From contig NC_000908.2 of NCBI RefSeq assembly GCF_000027325.1, positions 210,001-242,000 of the forward strand: 32,000 nt of DNA, given 5' to 3'. Within the stretch, counting starts at the first letter, position 1. Every line of letters starts with the position of its first letter. Below the pieces are notes generated by a model, which ran no database searches, was not told the origin of the DNA, and was given only the letters and a program-made list of their open reading frames with translations. The stretch comes from Mycoplasmoides genitalium G37 (GTDB taxonomy: Bacteria; Bacillota_I; Bacilli_A; Mycoplasmatales; Mycoplasmoidaceae). The translations under genes and the position numbers were made by a program. This document shows positions 9,511-22,008 of this stretch, piece by piece.

Positions 9511-10438
9511 TTGAATTAATCAACACAAGTTTTACCAACTTGATCTGAGCTTAAAAACCCGCTCGATCAAACAAATTGTTTTAACGTTGGTTTTCAAAAC
9601 ATTGGTATTGGGGTTTTTTGGGTTAATTGTCATCTTTCCCTTTTATCTGATGGTTGTGGTTAGTTTTGCTAGTGATGAAAGAGCATTAGACACAAGAACC
9701 CCAATCCTTTGACCTGATAGTTGAAACTTTGATAACTTTAGTAGGGTGTTAAGTGATGGGAAATATCTCAATGCAATAGTTGTCAATACTTTAGTAACGG
9801 TACTTTCAGTGTTACTAACATTGTTTTTTACCATTTGCATGGGTTATAGTTTTTCACTACGGAAGTGAAAATACAAAAAACTGGTGTGGTTTTTCTTTCT
9901 TAGTGTGTTAATACTGCCTGAGTCTGCGCTTTTAATTGGTCAGTATCGGATTGTAATAGTTGCTAACTGAAATAACCCCAACAGTCCCTTGATTGTTCTG
10001 GGACTCATTATGCCCTTTGTTAGCAGTGTTTTTAGTGGGTTTATGTACCGTACTAGCTTTGAAGCCATTCCATCTCAATTAAAAGAGTCAGCACTCATTG
10101 ATGGGTGTAATGGCTTTAACTACTTTTTGAAGATTGCTTTACCAATGGTGAAATCTACCAGTTGAACAGTGGGGATTTTAACTGCATTTAGTGCTTGAAA
10201 TTCCTATTTATGACCATTACTGTTGTTGGGCAACAGGGTGGATTTAAACATTAACTTGTGGGTGTTACAACAAGGGATCTTGGATGCTAACAGTAGTGAT
10301 GAACAGATCAGAACGCTGTTAAATCTCAAGATGAGTGCAGCGATTCTAGCTATCCTTCCGATGTTTATTATCTACTTTTTGTTCCATAAAAGGATTATGA
10401 ATGCCATTAAAAACAGAGCCAACACCATTAAGGGTTAA
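9482..10438 (+). CDS. ABC transporter permease (MG189-like, UgpE/MalG family)
   Basis: ATG 9482 overlaps the previous gene by 29 nt. Frame 2 stays open through many TGAs to TAA 10436-10438. EAA-type loop ESALIDGCNGFNYFLKIALP. Confidence 0.85.
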
Positions 10439-10439
10439 T

Positions 10440-10598
10440 ATGCAAAAGTTTAAACAACTGGTTGGTGCAATGCACAGATGGGTAAAACTAGCACTATTAG
10501 TAATCATTGTGTTATTAGGGATTATCTTTTGTCTGTTTGCCATCTATGACATTGCGCAAGTGATCATTACCATTATCAATGAAGGGGCACTTTTATAA
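10440..10598 (+). CDS. Candidate 52-aa single-pass membrane peptide (hypothetical)
   Basis: ATG 10440 lies 1 nt after the permease stop; TAA 10596-10598 lies 8 nt before mgpA. Sequence is MQKFKQLVGAMHRWVKLALLVIIVLLGIIFCLFAIYDIAQVIITIINEGALL, i.e. a basic N-terminus followed by a long hydrophobic helix. It exactly fills an otherwise empty gap, but I recognise no homology. Confidence 0.3.
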   Translation: MQKFKQLVGAMHRWVKLALLVIIVLLGIIFCLFAIYDIAQVIITIINEGALL

Positions 10599-10599
10599 T
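10594..10599 (+). promoter_or_regulatory. Consensus TATAAT -10 box immediately upstream of mgpA
   Basis: TATAAT at 10594-10599 with the mgpA ATG at 10607. The 7-nt gap predicts a leaderless or near-leaderless transcript. Sequence match only. Confidence 0.35.
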
Positions 10600-10606
10600 C
10601 TTTGTT

Positions 10607-11563
10607 ATGAAAAAAGGATCAATAACTGAAGCAATTAATGCCATTAAACAATTTGATAAGATTGTTATCTTTCACCATGTGCGCCCTGATGGGGATTGTT
10701 TAGGAGCACAACAAGGCTTGTTTCACCTCATTAAAGCTAACTTTAAAAATAAGGAGGTGAAGTGTGTTGGTAATAACAACAACCTGTTTAGCTTTATCAA
10801 CATGACATTTACCAACCAAATTGATGAGAGCTTTTTAAAAGAAGCACTTGCCATTGTGGTCGATGCTAATTACAAAAACAGGATTGAATTGAGAGAACTG
10901 TTAGATAAAAACCTGTTTAAAGCAGTGTTAAGGATTGATCACCATCCCAATGAAGATGATCTAAACACTAGCTTTAACTTTGTTGAAGAAAGCTATGTAG
11001 CTTGTTGTGAGCAGATAGTGGAGATGGCCACAGTGGCGAAGTGGACCATACCACCAGTGGCTGCTACTTTACTATATATAGGTATCTATACGGATAGTAA
11101 TAGATTTCTATATAGTAATACATCATATAGAACACTATACTTAGCAGCAATACTATATAAAGCTAAAGCTGATATAAGGATAGTACATGATCATTTAAAC
11201 CATACTAGTTTAGCAGATCTTAAGTTTAAAAAGTATGTTTATAACCACTTTAAAACCCAAGGACAAGTGATCTATTTTATCTGTACTAAAAAGATCCAAA
11301 AGAGACTAAGAATGACTGCAGATCAATGTGCTAGAGTTAACTTGTTAAGTAACATAGCAGATTACAAGATCTGACTTTTCTTTATTGAACAAGCTAATAA
11401 TGAGATCAGGATAGAACTGAGGAGTAATGGGATTAATGTCAGAGATATAGCCATTAAGTATGGTGGGGGAGGACATAATAATGCAAGTGGAGCGATCATT
11501 ACTAACAAAAAACAAATTAGTGATGTTGTTAGTGATTGTGTGAAAAAAATTGTTTATAATTAA
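10607..11563 (+). CDS. mgpA: DHH/DHHA1-family phosphoesterase (NrnA-like), first gene of the MgPa operon (MG190)
   Basis: Motifs HHVRPDGDCLGA, VVDAN, RIDHHPNED and YGGGGHNNASG. Frame 2 continues through TGA 11372-11374 to TAA 11561-11563. Confidence 0.9.
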
Positions 11564-11569
11564 GTTTGT

Positions 11570-14500
11570 ATGCACCAACCAAAGAAAAGACTGGCTAAGA
11601 AGTCTTGAGCCTTTCTAACCGCTGCACTTACCCTTGGGGTTATAACAGGTGTAGGTGGTTATTTTCTCTTTAACCAAAATAAGCAACGTAGTAGCGTGAG
11701 CAACTTTGCTTACCAACCCAAGCAGTTAAGTGTTAAACACCAACAAGCAGTTGATGAAACCTTAACCCCTTGGACTTGAAACAATAACAACTTCTCTTCA
11801 CTAAAGATTACTGGAGAGAACCCAGGATCATTTGGATTAGTAAGAAGCCAAAATGACAACTTAAATATTTCAAGTGTTACAAAGAATTCTAGTGATGATA
11901 ATCTCAAGTATCTCAATGCTGTTGAGAAATACCTTGATGGTCAGCAAAACTTTGCAATCAGAAGGTATGATAACAACGGTAGAGCTTTATATGATATTAA
12001 CTTAGCAAAAATGGAAAACCCCTCAACGGTGCAAAGGGGTTTAAATGGCGAGCCTATCTTTGATCCTTTTAAAGGCTTTGGTTTAACTGGTAATGCCCCT
12101 ACTGATTGGAATGAGATCAAAGGTAAAGTTCCAGTAGAAGTAGTTCAATCCCCCCATTCCCCCAACCTCTATTTTGTGTTACTAGTGCCTAAGGTGGCAT
12201 TAGAGTATCACAACCTGAATAACCAAGTAGTCAAAGAGAGTTTGGAAGTGAAAGCAACCCAATCATCCTTCAACCCCACCCAAAGGTTGCAAAAAGATAG
12301 TCCAGTGAAGGATTCAAGTAAACAAGGGGAGAAACTCAGTGAAACAACTGCTTCATCCATGAGTAGTGGTATGGCTACATCCACTCGAGCCAAGGCCCTC
12401 AAAGTGGAGGTGGAAAGGGGGAGTCAAAGTGATTCACTTTTAAAAAACGACTTTGCTAAAAAGCCACTAAAGCATAAGAACAGTAGTGGGGAGGTGAAGT
12501 TAGAGGCAGAGAAGGAGTTTACTGAGGCCTGAAAACCATTGTTGACTACTGATCAAATAGCAAGAGAGAAGGGGATGGGGGCGACGGTGGTTAGTTTCTA
12601 TGATGCACCCTACAGTGAAAACCATACTGCCTTTGGACTTGTTGATCACATCGATCCTAAAAAGATGGTTGAAAACTACCCACCAAGTTGAAAGACCCCG
12701 AAGTGAAACCACCATGGGATCTGGGATTACAACGCAAGAAACCTCTTGTTACAAACAACAGGGTTCTTTAACCCAAGAAGACACCCGGAGTGGTTTGATG
12801 AAGGACAAGCTAAGGCAGATAACACTAGCCCTGGCTTTAAGGTAGGGGATACTGATCACAAAAAAGACGGGTTTAAAAAAAACTCTTCTTCTCCAATAGC
12901 TTTACCATTTGAAGCATACTTTGCTAACATTGGTAACATGGTTGCTATTGGTAACTCGGTATTTATCTTTGGTGGTAATGGTCATGCTACTAAGATGTTT
13001 ACCACCAATCCCTTAAGTATTGGGGTATTTAGGATTAAATACACTGATAACTTTAGTAAGTCATCAGTAACAGGTTGACCATATGCAGTGTTATTTGGGG
13101 GATTAATTAATCCCCAAACCAATGGCTTGAAAGATCTTCCCCTTGGTACCAACAGGTGGTTTGAATATGTACCAAGAATGGCAGTTAGTGGGGTGAAATG
13201 GGTTGGTAATCAACTAGTGTTAGCAGGAACACTAACAATGGGTGATACAGCTACTGTACCTAGGTTAAAGTATGATCAACTAGAAAAACACTTAAACCTA
13301 GTTGCTCAAGGCCAGGGACTATTGAGAGAAGACTTGCAGATCTTCACTCCCTATGGGTGAGCTAATCGTCCTGATATTCCTGTAGGAGCATGACTCCAAG
13401 ATGAAATGGGCAGTAAATTTGGTCCCCATTACTTCTTAAATAACCCTGATATCCAGGACAATGTTAATAATGATACGGTTGAAGCATTAATCAGTAGTTA
13501 CAAAAACACTGATAAGTTAAAACACGTTTATCCTTATCGATACAGTGGTTTGTATGCTTGACAGTTATTTAACTGGTCTAACAAACTAACCAACACTCCC
13601 CTATCAGCTAACTTTGTTAATGAAAACAGTTATGCACCAAACAGTTTGTTTGCTGCTATCTTAAATGAAGATCTGTTAACAGGGCTAAGTGATAAGATTT
13701 TCTATGGTAAGGAGAATGAGTTTGCTGAAAATGAAGCAGATAGGTTTAACCAACTTTTAAGTTTAAATCCTAATCCTAACACTAACTGAGCTAGGTATTT
13801 AAACGTAGTACAACGTTTTACTACCGGACCTAACCTTGATAGTTCTACCTTCGATCAGTTCTTAGACTTTCTCCCCTGAATCGGCAATGGTAAACCCTTT
13901 TCCAACTCCCCCTCCCCTTCAACTTCCGCTTCCTCTTCTACCCCCCTCCCCACTTTTTCTAACATCAATGTTGGGGTTAAATCAATGATCACTCAACATT
14001 TAAATAAAGAAAACACCCGGTGGGTGTTTATACCTAACTTTTCACCTGACATCTGAACAGGAGCAGGGTATCGCGTTCAAAGTGCTAATCAGAAAAACGG
14101 CATTCCTTTTGAACAGGTGAAACCTAGCAATAATAGTACCCCCTTTGATCCCAATTCAGATGATAATAAAGTCACACCATCAGGTGGCTCCTCCAAACCA
14201 ACCACCTATCCTGCTTTACCCAACAGTATCAGTCCCACCAGTGACTGGATCAATGCATTGACTTTCACTAATAAGAATAACCCGCAGCGCAATCAACTGT
14301 TGCTCAGAAGCTTACTAGGAACTATTCCGGTCTTGATCAATAAGAGTGGGGATAGTAATGATCAATTTAACAAGGATAGTGAGCAGAAATGGGATAAAAC
14401 TGAGACAAATGAGGGTAATTTACCTGGGTTTGGGGAGGTGAATGGGTTGTATAATGCCGCATTACTCCATACCTATGGTTTTTTTGGCACCAATACCAAC

Positions 14501-15904
14501 TCTACTGATCCTAAGATAGGTTTTAAAGCTGATAGTAGTAGTAGTAGTAGTAGTACACTAGTAGGTAGTGGGTTAAACTGAACTAGTCAGGATGTAGGTA
14601 ATCTTGTTGTAATCAATGACACCAGCTTTGGGTTTCAACTTGGTGGTTGGTTTATTACCTTCACTGACTTTATCAGACCAAGAACTGGTTATCTAGGGAT
14701 TACCTTAAGTAGCTTACAAGATCAAACCATTATCTGAGCAGATCAGCCTTGAACTAGTTTCAAAGGCAGTTATCTAGACAGTGATGGTACCCCTAAATCA
14801 CTGTGAGATCCAACTGCTTTAAAATCCCTTCCAAATAGTTCAACTACCTATGATACCAATCCTACCCTCTCACCCTCCTTCCAACTCTACCAACCCAACA
14901 AGGTGAAGGCTTACCAAACCACTAACACCTACAACAAGTTAATTGAACCAGTTGATGCAACAAGTGCAGCAACTAACATGACCAGTTTGTTAAAACTCCT
15001 AACAACTAAAAACATCAAAGCGAAATTGGGGAAGGGAACAGCTTCTTCGCAGGGAAATAATAATGGAGGGGGTGTTAGTCAAACGATTAACACCATCACC
15101 ACTACGGGAAATATTAGTGAAGGTCTAAAAGAAGAAACTAGTATTCAAGCAGAAACACTTAAAAAGTTCTTTGATAGTAAACAAAACAATAAGAGTGAAA
15201 TAGGGATAGGTGATAGTACATTTACCAAGATGGATGGTAAACTAACTGGCGTAGTATCTACTCCCCTTGTTAACCTTATCAATGGCCAGGGAGCAACTAG
15301 TGATAGTGATACTGAAAAAATTAGCTTTAAACCTGGTAACCAGATTGACTTTAATAGGTTATTCACCTTACCAGTAACTGAACTATTTGATCCTAACACG
15401 ATGTTTGTCTATGACCAGTATGTACCACTATTGGTTAACTTACCTAGTGGCTTTGATCAAGCTTCAATCCGCTTAAAGGTAATTAGTTACTCAGTAGAAA
15501 ACCAAACCTTAGGAGTTAGATTAGAGTTCAAAGATCCTCAAACCCAACAGTTTATCCCGGTACTAAATGCATCAAGTACAGGTCCCCAAACTGTCTTTCA
15601 ACCCTTTAACCAGTGGGCAGACTATGTCTTACCTTTGATTGTAACTGTTCCTATAGTAGTGATTATCCTTAGTGTTACTTTGGGATTAACGATTGGAATT
15701 CCAATGCACAGAAACAAAAAGGCATTACAAGCAGGGTTTGATCTTTCTAACAAAAAGGTTGATGTCTTGACCAAAGCAGTTGGTAGTGTCTTTAAAGAGA
15801 TCATTAACAGAACAGGGATCTCTAACGCTCCTAAGAAGTTAAAACAAGCTACCCCAACCAAACCAACTCCTAAAACCCCACCAAAACCTCCAGTAAAACA
15901 ATAA
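11570..15904 (+). CDS. mgpB: MgPa major adhesin P140 (MG191, 1444 aa)
   Basis: ATG 11570, 6 nt after the mgpA stop. All ORF-track pieces (12011.., 14117.., 14903..15904) lie in frame 2 and are joined by TGA codons, giving 1444 codons. N-terminal signal/TM segment, C-terminal TM helix and a Pro-rich tail ([16 protein letters not shown]). Internal segments recur in both archives. Confidence 0.97.
12156..12585 (+). repeat. mgpB repeat region B (expression-site copy)
   Basis: Aligns by eye with 3556-3985 and 19455-19864. Conserved edges (TACTAGTGCCTAAGGTGG ... GGGATGGGGGC) flank a variable core. Confidence 0.85.
13861..14446 (+). repeat. mgpB repeat region EF (the part covered by the two archives in this window)
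   Basis: Aligns with 19865-20436 and, from 13896 onward, with 3985-4531. Both archives end at the same point (GGGGAGGTGAATGG). Confidence 0.85.
14534..14554 (+). repeat. (AGT)7 trinucleotide microsatellite encoding Ser7 in mgpB
   Basis: Counted directly: gat (agt)x7 aca. The protein reads [13 protein letters not shown]. Confidence 0.95.
14872..15057 (+). repeat. mgpB repeat region G (expression-site copy)
   Basis: Aligns with 5470-5660 and 21266-21460 (ACCCTCCTTCC...CCCAACAAGGTGAA...GGGGAAGGGAACAGC..CAGGGAA). Confidence 0.8.
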
Positions 15905-15905
15905 G

Positions 15906-19067
<3,162 letters not shown>

Positions 19068-19088
19068 TTTTTAACCTTTCAATAACCT

Positions 19089-19130
19089 AAAACACAATCT
19101 TTAAAACAAGGTTGTGTTTTTTTGTTTTTT
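19089..19130 (+). terminator. Rho-independent terminator of the MgPa operon
   Basis: An 11-bp stem pairs 19089-19099 with 19110-19120 (one G-U pair) around a 10-nt loop, followed by TTTGTTTTTT (19121-19130). It lies 22 nt after the mgpC stop. Confidence 0.7.
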
Positions 19131-19167
19131 GTCACTTTTCACTAAACTTGCAATTTAGAGAGTGGAT

Positions 19168-19335
19168 ATGAAAAGAACAGTTAAAAAAATAAAACCTGAC
19201 CACTTGTTTAATAAAAAGCAGTGGCACTTACTGAGTGAAGAGATCAGTGATAACCCAATGATTAAGCGTTATTGACTCAAACAACAAAAGCGTCAGCTTG
19301 CCAAACTAAAAAAACGCCGTTATTTTAAAAATTAA
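19168..19335 (+). CDS. Candidate 55-aa highly basic micro-protein (hypothetical)
   Basis: ATG 19168 to TAA 19333-19335 with one in-frame TGA (Trp). Sequence is MKRTVKKIKPDHLFNKKQWHLLSEEISDNPMIKRYWLKQQKRQLAKLKKRRYFKN. It is missing from the ORF track because of the TGA and its size. No homology recognised. Confidence 0.25.
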
Positions 19336-19337
19336 CT

Positions 19338-19439
19338 ATGTATTCTACTTTAAGACAATATAAACCATTGAAAAGAAAGAAATGGTTAAACAAGATCTCA
19401 AAACGGAAGTTAAAACAACTTTATAACAAAGCTTATTAG
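19338..19439 (+). CDS. Candidate 33-aa highly basic micro-protein (hypothetical)
   Basis: ATG 19338, 2 nt after the previous stop, to TAG 19437-19439. Sequence is MYSTLRQYKPLKRKKWLNKISKRKLKQLYNKAY. It shares a W-L-x(3-4)-K-R-x-L-x-x-L pattern with the preceding micro-ORF. Confidence 0.2.
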   Translation: MYSTLRQYKPLKRKKWLNKISKRKLKQLYNKAY

Positions 19440-19454
19440 TTTTGTTTTTTATTT

Positions 19455-21617
19455 TTACTAGTGCCTAAGGTGGTATTAGAGTACCACAAGCTCAGTAAGG
19501 ATGTAGTCAAAGAGAGTTTGGAAGTGGAAGCAACTGATTCTTTTGATCCCACCCAAAGGTTGCAAAAAGATAGTCCAATGAAGGATTCAAGTAAACAAGG
19601 GGAGAAACTCAGTGAAACAACTGCTTCATCCATGAGTGGTATGGCTACATCTCCTCGCAAGGCCCTTAAGATAGAGGTGGAGAAAGGTTCTTCAGGGTCT
19701 GACACCCTCACCAAATCCGACTTTGCTAAAAAGCCACTGAAACATAAAGAAAATAGTGGGACAGAGGTGAAGTTGGATGCACAGAAGGATTTTGCCGGAG
19801 AGAAGGCCTGAAAGCCATTGTTGACTACTGATCAAATAGCAAGAGAGAAGGGGATGGGGGCGACTTAGACTTTCTCCCCTGAATCGGCAACAACAAACCC
19901 TTCTCCAACTCCCACACTGCTTCCCTTTCTGTTAGTTCAAATACCCCCCTCCCCACTTTTTCTAACATCAATGTTGGGGTTAAATCAATGATCACTCAAC
20001 ACTTAAACAAAGAGAACACCCGGTGGGTGTTTACCCCTAACTCTTCACCTGACATCTGAACTGGGGCTGGGTATCGCAAACAAGGTAACAATAATGGCAT
20101 CCCTTTTGATAATGTGAAACCTAGCAATAGTAGTACCCCCTTTAATCCCAATTCAGATGATAATAAAGTCACTTCAGGTGGCTCCTCCAAACCAACCACC
20201 TACACCCATTTACCCAACAGTATCAGTCCCACCAGTGACTGAAGCAATGCATTGACTTTCACTAATAAGAATAACCCGCAACGAAATCAACTGTTGCTCA
20301 GAAGCTTACTAGGAACTATCCCGGTATTGATCAATAAGAGTGGAACGGGAGATCAATTTAACAAGGATAGTGAGCAAAAATGAAACGAAACAGATAAATT
20401 AGGAGGCAACCTCCCGGGGCTTGGGGAGGTGAATGGCGGTTTTTATCAACTAAATAAAAACTTATTAGCTTATTTTTATTAGGTTTTTACTTATTTAATA
20501 GTTAAAAAAGTTTTGAATTTTTCTTAGTTTTTTATTTGTTTAATAGTTAAAAAACACTAGGCTTTACCTTTATTTAATTAATAAAACCTTTACCCCTATT
20601 ACCAAACCATCCATAACACCAACTTGTTTGTGTTGTTCAAGTCCAAGGATGTGAAGCTTACATATAGTTCAAGTGGCAGTAACAACATTAGTTTTGATTC
20701 AACTAACAACAAACCCTCCTATGTGGTCGAATTTACTAATTCCACCAATGTTGGCATCAAGTGAACGATGGTGAAAAAGTATCAGTTAGATGTACCGAAT
20801 GTTTCTAGCAACATGAACGATGTACTGAAAAATTTAATTCTTGAACAACCCCTTACCAAGTATACGCTTAATAGTAGTTTGGCTAAAGAGAAGGGTAAGA
20901 CACAAGTAGCGGTACATCTGGGTAGTGGGCAAGCAACTAATTGACGATCGATGCGCAACTCCATCAGTCTAAACAACAATCCCAGCCCCAATGCTTCAAC
21001 TGGGTTTAAATTAGACAAAGGCAATGCATATAGAAAACTAAGTGAATCCTGACCAATTTACCAACCAATTGATGGGACCAAGCAGGGCAAAGGGAAGGAT
21101 CAAGCGAATTGGAGTTCAACAGAAGAATCAACGGCAGCTAGTGATGCGCCCCTAAGTACAGGAGGGGGATCATCTTCTGGAACATTTAATAAATACCTCA
21201 ACACCAAGCAAGCGTTGGAAAGCATCGGTATCTTGTTTGATGGGGATGGAATGAGGAATGTGGTTAGCCTCCTTCCTCTACTTTCAACCCAACAAGGTGA
21301 AAAGTGGTCAATACCAAACCACCAACACCTACAACAGGTTAATTGAACCTGACAAGTGACAATCAAATAGTGATTTGACTAACATGACCAGCTTGTTAAA
21401 ACTCCTAACAACTAAAAACATCAAAGCGAAATTGGGGAAGGGAACAGCAATGCAGGGAAGCAAGACACCTTTTCCTTCGTTGTTCCTTATTCAGATAGTC
21501 ATAGTAATCAAACTTCATCAGGAACCATTAAAACGGCTTATCCTGTGAAAAGTGATCAAAAATCATCAGTAGCGATCAATTCCTTGATCAACGCTACGCC
21601 GTTGAATAGTTATGGGA
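19455..21617 (+). repeat. MgPa repeat archive 2 (by genome position probably MgPar5): silent mosaic of mgpB and mgpC segments
   Basis: By-eye alignment: 19455-19864 matches mgpB 12178-12585 (B); 19865-20436 matches 13861-14446 (EF); 20437-20602 is an AT-rich spacer; 20603-21242 matches mgpC 16108-16755; 21266-21460 matches mgpB 14872-15057 (G); 21461-21617 matches mgpC about 17285-17445. Same block order as archive 1. Confidence 0.9.
20437..20602. repeat. AT-rich spacer of archive 2 carrying the same ~49-nt motif as archive 1
   Basis: 20497-20545 is identical by eye to 4570-4618. A second partial copy starts at 20542 (AATAGTTAAAAAACACTAGG, compare 4690-4710). Confidence 0.8.
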
Positions 21618-21626
21618 CAATAAAAA

Positions 21627-21655
21627 AACTACCTGTCAACAAAAAACAGGTAGTT
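21627..21655. terminator. Perfect 10-bp hairpin at the right edge of archive 2; terminator-like, stronger on the minus strand
   Basis: AACTACCTGT (21627-21636), a 9-nt loop, then ACAGGTAGTT (21646-21655). The minus-strand reading is followed by TTTTTTTATT; the plus-strand reading by the weaker AATTATTTAT. Confidence 0.45.
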
Positions 21656-22008
21656 AATTATTTATCCAATTAGTAAGTTGCCTATGGGTTAACAAAGAGA
21701 TGCACTTAATATACGACCAACCTAATTTATTTGAAAGCGTATCTTTTATTAATGAATGTGGAACTAAGCAACTATTATTTAAACACAGCAAAAGCGTGTA
21801 ATTTTTTATTAAAAGCGATTTAGTGGGAACAGAAATAAAAGATTAACATGACTTTATACAACTTCTGTTCCCATCTACTAAATTGCACAAAAAAAGCTTT
21901 TTGACAAAAAAATAGTTATTTTTTGTAATTGCTTAATTTAATAACAAACTAAACTATTATTGTTACTTAATGATTTTTTGATCTATATAGCACAATTAAT
22001 ATAACTTC

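Noticed and set aside
12208-12402. Minus-strand ORFs inside mgpB, mgpC and the archives (3608..3820, 3821..4078, 12208..12402, 15145..15399, 15622..15975, 16790..17080, 16938..17177, 17084..17293, 18635..18895, 19436..19714, 20782..21024, 21100..21366)
   Set aside because: They are antisense shadows of strongly supported plus-strand coding sequence. Their recurrence merely mirrors the repeat copies, and some are poly-Thr/poly-Leu read-outs of the AGT microsatellite.
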